DNA of 64,000 nt. It comes from Vicugna vicugna (taxonomy: Eukaryota). A program made the position numbers and the translations under genes. The stretch spans positions 124,001 through 188,000 of the forward strand of contig MU059903.1 in the NCBI GenBank assembly GCA_013265495.1. The letters are read 5' to 3'. This document shows positions 50,619 through 62,539 of this stretch, in pieces. Each line of letters begins with the position of its first letter. Positions within the stretch are counted from its first letter, which is position 1. Under the pieces are notes generated by a model. The model was given only the letters and a program-made list of their open reading frames with translations. It did no database searches and was not told the DNA's origin.

Positions 50619-50800
50619 GCCAGCCTCCCCTCCCCACCCGAGAGGTCTCTGCGCAGCCAGCCTCCCCTCCCCACCCGAGAGGTCTCTGCGCAGCCAGCCT
50701 CCCCTCCCCACCCCTGAGTGGTCTCTGCGCAGCCAGCCCCCCCTCCCGACCCGAGAGGTCTCTGCACAGCCAGCCTCCCCTCCCCACCCCGAGAAGTCCC
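50619..50800 (+). repeat. 37-bp minisatellite, about 4.8 copies
   Basis: Unit gccagcctcccctccccacccgagaggtctctgcgca starts at 50619, 50656, 50693, 50732 and 50769. Confidence 0.9.
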
Positions 50801-51835
50801 TGCAGGAGTCTGAAGCCGGCAGTGCACTGCGGGCAGCTATGGGAGTGGCAGGTCACAGACCCACCTGACTCCCAGCCAGACGGGTGCAGACCTCACGCTG
50901 CAGGTGCAGCAGAAAGAATGGCACACCCTTGTCCAGGCACGAGAGCCACACCTCACCCCCTGCTGGCCGGTGCAGCACAGCCGCTTTCACACACAAACCC
51001 CGAGGCTTGCCAGGAAAGCCAGGGAAACCCACACACTGCCCAGAGAGAGCCACCATCAGAATCAGACTCAGATAGGTAACAGCTGCTGGAACTGTCTGTC
51101 AGGGAATTTAAAATAACTCTAATTAGTATGTTAAAGGCTCTAATAGAAAAAGGGTGTCACACACAAGACCAGATGGGAATTTCAGGAGAGAGACTAAGAA
51201 AAAACCACCTGGAAAGGCTAGAAATGAACAACCCACTGTAGAGAGAGGAGGGCGGCCTCGAAGGCTCGGCAGCGGACTCCTCCCAGGCTCTGAAGACTCA
51301 CTGCACAGGAAGGCGGGTCAGCAGAAATCATCCAAGTCGAAGTACAAAGAGGAAAAGCACGGGAAAGGGAAAACATAAAAAACAACAGACCCCAAGAGCC
51401 GTGGGACTACAGCAAACACCAGAGCAGGCACGACCGCAAAACCCGCGGACAGGAGCGAGGGTGGGCAGAGGGGTGCCTGAAACGACACTGTCAAGAATCC
51501 CCAGAAGTAACGGCAGACACCACGCCACAGATCCAGAAAGACAGAGGACACCAGACAGGAAAAATACGGAACAAACCAGCCCCTGAGGCGGCGTGTTAAA
51601 CCACTGAAGACAGGAAGTGAAGGCCGCCCCGAAGGCAGCTCGAGGAAGGGGGCGCTGCGCGTGCACAGGGACACTGGAGCCCAGGGACCCGCACCCTCAC
51701 GTTGCAGAGGAGGAAAAACTGTTGACCCTGAGTTCTACACCCAGAGAAAATGTATTTCAAAAATACAGGAGAAAGAAGACATTCTCCGGGAAGAACCAAA
51801 ACTGAGAGAATTCAGTGTCAGCAGAGGGACCCAAT

Positions 51836-51862
51836 AACAAAACAAACAAACAAACAAACAAA

Positions 51863-51898
<36 letters not shown>

Positions 51899-51910
51899 GT
51901 GTGTGTGTGT
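51836..51910 (+). repeat. Compound microsatellite (AAAC)n-(AT)n-(GT)n
   Basis: Read directly. Confidence 0.95.
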
Positions 51911-52009
51911 CAGACTAAAACTTGGCTCTACACAAAGCTTTGGAATCAACACATGAAGGTAAACGTAAATCCATTTTTCAGGTTTTACGTCGTCTGAAAG
52001 GTGGGGGTG

Positions 52010-52172
52010 AGAGAGCCGTGCCATCGGTCAGACCTGCCCGTGCTCTGGCTGGCCCTCCTGCCGCGCAGCCCGGGCCCGGCGCTCTGCGGGGGGAGCAGGC
52101 AGCTGCCACGGAGCCCGTGAAGCTAAAATGTTCACAGTCTGGACCTTTAATGAAAGCTTTGCTAACCCCTGG
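52010..52172 (+). mobile_element. MER58-like hAT-Charlie MITE, 3' part
   Basis: gagcccgtgaagctaaaatgttcacagtctggacctttaatgaaagctttgctaacccctg resembles the MER58A end ggcccgcaaagcctaaaatatttactatctggccctttacagaaaaagtttgccgacccctg. Confidence 0.7.
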
Positions 52173-53067
52173 TTGAAAGAGAAAGAAACAGTAGCAACAT
52201 ACTGTGTGTTTATAGGATCTGTGAAGTGAGACAGCGCTTAAGAGGGGAGACAGGACTTGGTCACCTATTGCTGCAAGGGTCTCGCATGCCACTGAAGTGG
52301 GCATAAAATCACCTACTGGGAGACTCAACCCTTAAATGTATATTTGCTATTTATATTTTAAACACTAGGGCAACTACTGAAATATTTCCTAAAAGGTATA
52401 AATTATTAGTCAAGAGAGGAGACTAAATGGACTCATAAAAAATGCCCAACTAACCCAAGAGAATGCAGTAAAAGAAGGAAAAAGAAAGAAACACAGATGG
52501 AAAAGGCAGAAAGCAGGCAGCAAGGAGAACCCGGTGATGCACGAAATGCTAATACAGCACGGCCACTTAGGGCTCACTCGCGGGATTCAGGGAGCGCTCG
52601 ACATTTGAAAATCAACCCATATACTGCCCCACATTTAGAGACTAAAAATGAAAGGGTTCATGATCATCTCAAGAGACGCAGAAAAACACTGAACAAAATT
52701 CAACGTCCATTCACAATCTGAACTCTCGGTAAAGAAGCAGCAGGTGTGAACTTCCTACACCTGACAGAGGCCACCTTCGCTCACCCGATCACGGCGGGCG
52801 ACGAGGCGCTGAACGCTTCCCCGAGTCTCGGAACAAGCCCCTACGTCCACACTCAGCGCTGCCACTCAGCGTCGCACGGGAGGCTCGACACGGTGCGACG
52901 GGGGGAGAGAGAAAGGAAAGACCAACAGATCTACTTGCAGATGACGTGACTGTCCAGGTACAAAATACAAATCAAACAAAAATCTTCCCAACGACCTAGA
53001 GCTACTAAGTGAGCAGAGCAAGCCCACAGGCGACAACTCAGAGTCACGCTGTGTCCCCACACGCAGC

Positions 53068-53717
53068 TGAGGAGCCCAGCTCCGGGCCCCAGGGCCACGG
53101 GTAGCCCTTCCAGCCCGGCCGTGGCAATGACGGGGGCTCCACCACAGGCCTCACAGGGGAAGTGCCCTCCCAGCCCAGACGTGGGGTGCAGCCCACACAT
53201 CATGGTCTCCCAGGGGCACTGCAGCTCCAAGCACTCAGGCCAGCCCTGCTGCCAGGCACGCCCACATTCCCAGCCTGGGCACCCCTCTTTATCTGGGGCC
53301 TCTTTACGTGGGGCCTCCTCAGGTGCCAATGCCAGGATCTCCTTGTTGTGGGGGAAAGGGAATCTCCAAGACACCTTGCTCTGCTCTGACGCTGTGTCAC
53401 CCCTTGTCCCCTCCCAGCACTGCCCCCTGCTTCCCCCGAGCCCCTGGTCCATAAAACCACAGGGGACTTTCGTTCCAGGCTCCCTCGGCAGTGAGATGCC
53501 CCCGTGTCCGCCCTGGTCCACTGGAGCCGGGCTGGTGCCATCCCACGTGCAAAATGGAGAGTGGGCACCAGCTCTTTCTCCAGCTCAGCCTCTTGCTCAC
53601 ACTGTCACGGCAGGTGACGGAAGTTGACTCTGTCTCTGCCACTCAGCTTGTTTTCTTAACCAGCTGTTCGGACACCTGGCAGCTCAGCGTTCAGCCCAGC
53701 TGAGCTCTTGAGGAACA
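53068..53717 (+). mobile_element. ~650-bp insertion in L1 ORF2, probable ERVL-type solo LTR
   Basis: Interrupts collinear L1 ORF2, is bounded by TG...CA, and contains cataaaaccacaggggactttcgttccaggctccctcggcagtgagatg, reminiscent of MER54/MER74-type LTRs. No clear TSD. Confidence 0.5.
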
Positions 53718-56700
53718 AACAATGAGAGTTTGAAATTAAAAGAAAAAATACTATTTAAAGTAACACCAAACCAGGATTAGATTTAACCATAAATCTAACA
53801 AAATACATGCAGGGTCTGTATCCTCTAAACAACAAGACGCCACAGGAAACCAAGGAAGACAGAAGTAACTGGAGAGACATACTGTGTTCATGCAACAGGA
53901 GGCTCGTTGCTGTTAAGATGTCGATTCTCTAGAATTTGATCTGTAATCATCTCAACCAGAATCTCAGCAAGGTTTGTTTTGGTTTTTTATAGATATTGAC
54001 AAGCTGATTCTCAAATGTACATGGAAAGGCCAAGGAACTAGAAATGGTCAAGGCGATCCTGACACAGAAGCCCCCACATGACTCACAGTTACGGAACCAT
54101 CATCGTCACAGTGGCAAGAAGAACCGACACGCAGGTCAACAGACCAGGACAGAAGGACCCACAAAAATGCAGTCAGCTGATTTCGGGCAAAACGCAACGT
54201 CAATCAACGGAGAAAGAATTTGTGAAAGATGAGAAATGTTGCACATACCTATGAAAATAAATAAATAAACAGACCTGGACACACACGTCACCCTTTCTCC
54301 AAAACTTTAACTCAAAACTGATCTTACGTCTAACTGTGAAACGTAGAACTATAAAACTTTCAGGAAAAAAACTTGTTGGACCCTGGGTTTGGTGATGTGA
54401 TTCTAGACCTGATACCAAAAGCGTGACCCACTTCAAAAAGCTGGTAAATTGTACCTCGTCGAAGTAAAAATTTACCTTCTGTGAAAAATACTGTTAGGAG
54501 AATGAAAGTACAAGCCACAGACCTGGCAGAAAGTAGCGGTAAATCCGTATCTGACACAGGACTTCTATCCAGAATATACAAAGAACACTAAAACTCAGCA
54601 ATAAGAAAAACAAACAGCCCAGTTAAAAAGTAAGGCAGTGTCTGGTCAGACGCTTTACAAAGAAGACGTGCCGATGGCAGACAGGCTCATAGAAAGGCGC
54701 GCAGCATCGTTTGTCATTAAGTAAATGAAGACCCAAACCACAGAGACCAGCCACTGCACATCAATTAGAATGGCTAAGATTAAAAATAAACGAATAAAAA
54801 TTTTCAAAGTAACAACACCGAACGTTGGCAAGGATGCAAAGAAGCAGACACTCTCATTTGTTACTGGTGGGACTGCGTCCAGACACTTCTTAAAACAGCT
54901 TGGAAAGAAACACGATGGGAACGGTCATCCTTGAAGGCAGCAGCCCACGCGCAGCCCACGCCGATGGGACACCCTCCGTGGATTTCAACCCCAGCAGCCA
55001 CGTCTGCTTCAGAGCATGTGAGCTGCAGGCCCCGGGGGCACACGTCCACAGGCCGCCCTTGGCCTCTGCCGAGGGCAGATCTGCACGGGGGGCTTTGACA
55101 CCACTCCTCCCAGGGGAGGGACCAGGAGCTGGCCTTCTTCCCCTGGAATAAGCTCTGGGCAGAGCCACGGGCCAGAGCGTGTGCAGGCCGCAGGCGGGAA
55201 CAGCAGCGGAAGGTCAGAGCGGCCTGGCTGTCCTGCGTCCCCGCTCCTGCCGTGAGACCCGTCACCCCCAGAGCACCAGTACGTCCGTGTGTCCAGGGAG
55301 AGGCTGCTGGGAAAGGGCTTCTCCCCGCACACGCCCGCCACCACGGCCTGTCCCAGCACCGTCTGCCACGTCCGGGCGCTTGCTTCGTCTTGCTAACACC
55401 AGTCTGACCCTCCGATTTACGATCACTGTCGCCATTTTGCCGATCACTGCGTCTCAACTCACTGCACACCTGAAACTCCACGCCACACACAAAATGCCGA
55501 AGCAATGGTCAAAGAGAACCTGAAATACGAAGGGAGAACGAGCAGGGACGCAGCTGCGTGGACGCGCGCACAGGGCTCCACGGGGCCTTCGCTAAGGCCA
55601 TCCCTCTGCGCAGCCTGGAGCTGGACAGCTCACGCCATCTAAGTCCAGTTTCCTACTTGAACACCTGACGACCCTCCCGTGTTTAGGAGACCCAGTTCGC
55701 TTTCACAGCCACGATTTCTTCTCCGTGCATCTGCCTCTCGGGTCCTCCGGGGTCTGGTGAGCAGGCGTACGCAATGTTAAACAGACTGCTTGCTGGGAAC
55801 GTAACCGGGGAAGCAGAAACAAAGCGCGGAGGATGGAACCAGAAATGAGAAGGAACTGGGAAACTGATCAGCCATCCGTTTCTGTGAGCCCGCACGAGCC
55901 GCTCGGGGTTCTGGGGATGTCGTGCGTCCAGATGAGTAGAGACACGTCCCAGCCCTACGCCCCCTTCCGGCATCGCTAGCTTGGCTGAGCTGGGGGCAAG
56001 CGTCTCCCATTTCCCGCCCAGATGCACTTCCAGGGGAAGAAGCAGAGGCGTGCAGTCTCGGCCCTGGAGACTCAGCCCCCTGGTCCAGGAGCTGCCCGTC
56101 ACCACTGGCCTCCCGCCTTCCCTGCAGAGAGCTCCCCGGGGAGAAGGGAGGTTTTCTGGGAGGGACGCCCTGGCCTGGTGTGATCCTGGACGGCCCAGGC
56201 ATGGGGGCAAGGCCCCCATCACAGTCCTTGGAGAGGCACCAAGCTGAAGCCTGCGGGCTTACTTTCCATCAGGACTGACCTGGGAATCCACAGCCACCCC
56301 TGGGTAATCCCGTGCCAGCACAGCCACCCCGATGCTGCCAGGAACTCACTTTACCCACGCCGTCTTACGTGAGGTACTTCCTAAATCTTTCCTTCAGTTG
56401 TTCGCCAGCCTTGTTCTTCGAGGCCGTGGGCACCATTTCACAAAGGGAAGAAGCGCGGCGCGAGGTTCTCTTTTCACATGGACTCATCTTTATCTCTGTA
56501 AATACAGTCTCTTTCCTTACAGAATTTTATTCACAATTACAGGGCCTGGATATTATGATACAAACGTCTCCACTGCTATGAAGATTATTTGTTTGATTAA
56601 TATGAGTTTTTTAAACAAACCTAGGCTTTGGAAGCTAAATTCATGAGGAAATGGCTATTCTTCTGACTGATTCTTACTTACCTTTCAGGATTCAATCGAA

Positions 56701-56844
56701 CTGTCGCCTTTTCCAGGCAGAGCTTCCCGGCTGTGCGGGTCAGGCTGGGGCTCTGAGCGCCACGAGGCCCGCAGCCCCACCCCTGGCCCCGGGAGGCGCT
56801 GGCCACGCTCGCATTCACCTGTTCCATGATTGGCTTTCCCCTTA

Positions 56845-57065
56845 CATGGTCAGCTCCACAGAGGCAGGGACCACATCCTCCTTTTTCACAGCCGGACGCC
56901 CAAAGACCCCCGCCCAGGGCCTGCACCATGCTAAGTCAGTCAGAGAGCGTTTAGGCCAAGAGAGTCCAAAATCTGGGGTGCCCGATGCTGTCTCATCCAT
57001 GGGAATGCCCGTCTAGCTGTGCAAAGGGCCTGCACGTAGTAGATGCTCAAGAAATACTTGGAAAG
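56845..57065 (+). mobile_element. Two LINE-2 3'-end fragments
   Basis: cagctccacagaggcagggacc...tttcacagc...agggcctgcaccat and agggcctgcacgtagtagatgctcaagaaatacttg resemble the L2 tail. Confidence 0.6.
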
Positions 57066-59843
57066 TGAAAGAATCTCTGCATGACAGGGATGAGGTATGG
57101 ACGGGGACACGACTGAAATCAGTGAAGAGATGCAGACGCCACTGAGAAAACTCCCGCCCTCTCGGTTCGGTTCTGCCGTCTCCCTCCCACCTGTCTGCTG
57201 TTCCCCCAGCTGAATTACACGTGGATGTGGCCAGCTAAAGCGTTCACCGTCACTACAGAACTGTCAGGCAGAACAAATCCACCCCCAGCCCTTATCCTAA
57301 GAAAACAGTTCAACAGCAAAGCAACGTCCACCAAACACTGAGGAACAGGGGCTTAGAGAGTCGTTCCAATGAACTTCTGCCCCTCCCTTCCTAGTACATG
57401 GGCAAGAACGCTAGACCTTCAGTTCCAGAGACGTAGGCAAACCACGCCGGAGGAGGACAGGTGGCTTTTTCAACCTGCTCCCCAAATACTCCCCGTGGAA
57501 GGGCGGTGAGGAACCCTGGTGCCCTTGGTCCCAGCGCACATCTTGCTCAGCCCGAGGGCCCCAGGTGAGACACCGCGTCGTGCAACGCCAGCCCGCCGCC
57601 CTGCTTTCACTGCGGGATCGTGCAGTCACTGTTCCAGATTCCAGTCCGCCTTCAGTGCATGTAGTCATCCTTACAGACCCAGCCCACTACCACGCCTTAC
57701 CAACACACCGCGCAGCAGGAACGCCTGCTGGAAACGCACCGCAGCTGTGCTGCCTGGCTCTGCGCCGGTTCTCAGCTCCCCGTTCAGTGGTGAGCCTGTC
57801 AGCAGGGAGCCGTGACCGTGGACAACAGGCAGCCCTAGGAGTGCGAATGCGTGACGCGGACGGTGAGCCACGGCTCTCCGTGCGGGAATCTCACGGGGCT
57901 CCACTCAGAGGGGAAGAGCACGTGAGAAGAGTGAAAGTGAGACCGGGCAGATGTTAGGCGGAGCTGTCAGTCTCGCGGAAGCAGGTGCTCACGGGTTATA
58001 ATTACCGCTTCTGACAGTTGATGTTTACGATTTGATTCCCACCTAGTCAATCACAGCCGTAATTGTTAAGCTACTTACATCGCTAATGTGCCGGGTAATA
58101 ACCAGATAGGATTTAGTATTTGACATTTACCGTCAGTCACCTTCCTCCTGACACGGCCTCCCCTACTACCCCAGCATCTGTACATTGGGCCCTCTCGTGA
58201 CTTCTGGATACAGTCAACAGAACTGCAGGGCAGGAAAGGGAAATAAAAACAAAAAACAGCTCGGTGGTCTCCACCTCGCCAGCGCCCCACAGTGCTTCCC
58301 GACGAGGCGCCCTCGCTCGCACCACCAGGAGGGCTCCCCTCACACCGGCTCGCCCACGCCACCGGACTGTCGAGAAGATTTCGCCTTCCTTCCCCTCGCT
58401 GTCGGGGAGGGACAATCTTTATTTCTGCTCCACAGATGGAGAGGCCGGGGTGCAGAAGGGCTACCACGGCCTCCCGGGCAGGGGGGTCTGGTGAGAATTT
58501 GCAAAGAGCATCCGTCAAGCTTCCTCCCAGGGATCTGTACTTCCGCATCTGCTTTGATTATCAACAGCAAAATAAAACGGAGGGAAAATGGTCGTGGGAG
58601 GATGCAGGGCTCTGACGTCACAAGCCCGGTGTGCATCGACACCCTGCCACTTGCTGACAAATTCAGGAAATCGTCTATTCTGCCTGAGCTGCAGCTCCTT
58701 TTCCCACGAAGTTGAGTGTCTGAGATGAAGTGAGGTGGGTCACCTGAGCCTCAGCGCCACAGCGGGCACGGCGAGGGCTGGAGGTGTGGGCGGAATGCTG
58801 TGCTGCTCTGACCTGGTTGGAGGCCGCCTCTGAACCTGGCACCTCCGGATGAATGATGCCGTGGAAGTCAGGCAGCTCCATGACAGGACCGTCTCTCTTG
58901 TCTGTACCCACTGGGCCAGGCAAGTGAGGACCCTACAAACGTGTTGGCTGAGGGCAGCTGACCGAGAGTGTGGGCCTCCCCCCACCGGGCTCTGTCACCA
59001 GGATGCCAGGGCTCCAGGAAAGCCCCAACCCTGCTGAGAACACCCACGGAGTCCGTTCCCCATGGCGTCACGGCTGCGGTGCCGTGTCCCACGGTTCCAG
59101 GGAGCGCAGGTCCCACGGGGACAGCGGGAGGCGCCCCTCCAAAGGCCCCAGTTACAGACGCACAGGGAGATGTTTTCCCTGGTGGGTGTTCTTGTCAAGG
59201 GCCCAGCTGAAGACCCCAGAAGCGTCTCCCAGGAGACTGCATACATCATTCTAACCCTAAAGAGACACACGTGCACACACGAGCACACCACACACATGCA
59301 CACGTGTAACATCCAGCCAGTGAAGTTTTTGGTTTATAACCCTTTGTGTACTAGTGCCCTGTAAGCTCCCTGCATCATTTCTGCCCCGTCGTCCCAAGGG
59401 TTTTCTGTGACCTTGTGGGATGGTTCAGCACCTTTGGGGGGTTCAGGAGAGGCTCTCCGCACTCTGGGGCCACAGCCCCCTTGATGGCCGGTAACGGCCG
59501 GGTCTCGGGGCTGCTGGCGCCGCAGTGAGCCAGCGTCACCGCTTACCTCCCCGCTGACCTCTCCCGACTGTCTGTCCTGAGGGCAGACACGTCCCCACAG
59601 GCTGACAGGCTGCTTTCAGCCGAACGCACTTTTTCCTGAGAAAGAACGTGCTGATTACTCCACGGCTTCTGCAACTTTCCCGCGTTTCTACTGTGCGTGT
59701 GTGTGTACACGTCAGGACTGGGTGGGAAATGAAGATCTGTCTTCCTTTCAGAGAATTTAACGGAAAGTAAACATCCGTTACTGTTCAGTCAGGCACACGC
59801 AGGGAATGAGAAAGTGTAATTTAAGTTCTCACTCTCTTTTCAG

Positions 59844-59866
59844 ACACACTGGCAATAAACCAACCG
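59844..59866 (+). other. Candidate 23-nt micro-exon
   Basis: ttctcactctcttttcag|ACACACTGGCAATAAACCAACCG|gtaaga: strong acceptor and donor within an AT-rich island. No parent gene identified. Confidence 0.3.
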
Positions 59867-62367
59867 GTAAGATGTACTGCGCCAGTGACAACCACACGAC
59901 GACCTTGAAAACTATATTCTTACGAGTTATTAAAGGCTCCTCACTCCCTGCAGAAGAAAGGGACTCGTTTCGAGGGGATTCTGCTCCAGGTTTAAATCGG
60001 AAAGGACGCGTGGATCTGACAGCCAAGGAGCATTAAGACTTCAAAGCAGCGCAAATGAAGGTGGACCCAGTCATTTTGCAATAAAACGTGAAGTCACGTA
60101 ATAGCGCCCTTTTAAGCCACTTGGGACTTCTAAGACTTCAAATAAAATGCTATCAGCACAGACAGATGAACAGTCTAAGCCACTGCTCGCCTGGGGTGAC
60201 GCCCTCGCGGTTTACTCGGGCAGAGAAAACAGAGCAGCGTCAGCGCTCAGGAGGCGTGACGCACACGCTGGGAACCTCTCCTCCAGACACAGGTCCACCT
60301 CGCAACACCTCACTCCCCTCAACCAGAACCACCTCCCATTTCTGAGTCAGCGGCAGAAACAAACTAAGGAGAAAATACGGAACGCAAGACAGTTACTCAT
60401 TTTTTTTTCAGCTGAGCAAGAAAAAACTGAACATTCTGTCCTTTGTTTTTGCTTTAATTAGCAAGCAGTCTCGCCCATGGGAGTATTCGCTTAGAGTCAC
60501 AAACTCTGCTTTGTAAGTGCCCTGTGGGACCTGGCTGAAATAAAGGAATGCCCCTCTCGGGGAACTTCCTTTCAGCCCAAGAGGTGCCGCACCCACGCAC
60601 ACTGCTAATCGCAGTGGCAAAGATGCTGAGGGTCAGGAAACCCAGAGCGGTCGGACCCTACAGGGCCGAAGCTCGGGACACCCGGCCTCCGGTTCCCTTC
60701 GGGGTGGTCTGCTCCAGGAAATCCCTGTGTGAGGGAGGCAAGGGCAGCCAGGCTCTCCCGCGCGTCTTTGGCCTCAGATCCCGGCTTTTCCAACACTTCC
60801 TGCTGCCTTCCGCTCACACCATCCTTGGGGCCTTTGAACGAGGCCCTGTGGGAAAAGCGCCAATCTGCATTAGCCTCTGAGGACTAGAGGGGCCAGGGTG
60901 CGATCGACACAAAAGCCTGGTGGCAGCTTCTGTTTTAATGACGGTGGTGCATCTAGTCCATAACCTTCGCGTGCCTCCCCCTCCAGCTGGCCCGGCGCGT
61001 CTCTCTGGGCGCGGAGGGTCTGTCTCCTGTTCCTGCCCGGGCCAGCGCTGTGCTGCCGTAAGAAACGCCAAAGGCTCCTGGCAGAGGCACCAGCCGCTGG
61101 TGAACCCGGCTCCCTGCACACGAGCGGCTGGGGAGCAGCAGGACTACTTAGATTTTGCCACTGTTCCCCCGCGAGTTCTTCCGTGCTGTCACCTGAGAGG
61201 CAGAGGGATGTCTCACAGGCAAACCCGGTCCCCGGTGCCAAAACGCCGTTCTGCTTCCAGATCTACCGAACACAGTTCTCAAGTCCAAGAGGCCGAGTCC
61301 AGGTACACTGCTGCCACCACCGCCATCAACAGTCAAGCAAAAATAAAACACAGCCGCAACTATTGAGGATTAAGCCAGTAAGGCTATTGTCCCTTTAAAT
61401 TGGAAAAAAGAAAAAAGAAAAGGAAGAAAAACAGTCCATGAGTTCCATGAAAAAAAATGTCATATTTGTACAGACCCCAAATCCCCTCTGTTTAAACAGG
61501 GTGATTAATATCAGCTCCTGTAGGAAATTAAACTCGGGGCAGAGCAGCAATATGCAGATATGCAGATTTCTGGGCAGAATGGCCATCTCTGGGTAGGGGC
61601 TGGCTGATTAATCTGCGTCCTCAGAATACAAAATGAAACACTGGCTCTCCTGGGCGAGCACGAGAAATGACTTTTCCCTCCGCACGAGGAGGGGGGGCCC
61701 ACGCAAACAACAGAGGGTCTCGGGCCACGTGCAGCGGGACCGCGGCGGGCGAGGCTCTGCCGTTTAAACAGGGGGATCGCGTTGCAAAGCCTGACTGCTT
61801 CATTTCAGGCCCCTCTCGGCATGATCTCTGGCAAGCCCTCCCTCCCCCTGTCTGAAGATGGGGGAGGACGGCCAGCGGTCCCCGCTTACTCATCTTGACA
61901 CCCATCTTCCTCATCCTGCCTCCGTGGCACTGGTGAAAGGGTGCGCGTTACCCCAAGCCAGCCCCGCCGGAGCTCCCAGGGAGCGTGCGGTCGACCACGC
62001 ACGTGCCAGCTCCCACGCCACCCAGCACCCCACCCACCAGGGTTTTTTTCTTTCTGAAAGACCCAATGGGGTAGACAATTATTTAAATTTGAAGTACAAC
62101 GCCAGAAACTTAATTTGCAAATGTAAATGGCTCTCCCTCATAATCCAACCCTCCTGTCATTTCGAAATGTCACTGTGGTCACAGCATCTGGTCTGGAAAG
62201 AGAATAATATTTTTGATCATTGAATAATGATGCTATTCATTTTTCTGAAAAAAAATATTTACAGCAAGATGCAAAATGTCATTTGCCGTGTGTGGTTAGT
62301 TTTTTTTTTGTTTTTTTTTTTTTTTTTTTTTTTTTTGTCGTTACTGGAAACTCAAGCCTGCTATTCT

Positions 62368-62539
62368 NNNNNNNNNNNNNNNNNNNNNNNNNNNNNNNNN
62401 NNNNNNNNNNNNNNNNNNNNNNNNNNNNNNNNNNNNNNNNNNNNNNNNNNNNNNNNNNNNNNNNNNNNNNNNNNNNNNNNNNNNNNNNNNNNNNNNNNNN
62501 NNNNNNNNNNNNNNNNNNNNNNNNNNNNNNNNNNNNNNN
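62368..62539. other. Assembly gap (172 N), preceded by a poly-T tract at ~62299-62336
   Basis: Run of n in the sequence. Confidence 0.99.

Larger units (their letters stand above)
51050..54920 (+). mobile_element. Long decayed L1M (ORF1, inter-ORF region, RT-to-C-terminal ORF2) with nested inserts
   Basis: ORF1-like at 51050-51835. RT motifs tcatgatcatctcaagagacgcagaaaaacactgaacaaaattcaacgtccattc (HMIISIDAEKAFDKIQHPF-like) and ctacttgcagatgacgtg (LFADD-like). ORF2 C-terminal half at 53720-54920. Confidence 0.8.

Noticed and set aside
50619-50800. CRISPR-like array
   Set aside because: Head-to-tail repeats without unique spacers in a mammalian genome; this is a minisatellite.
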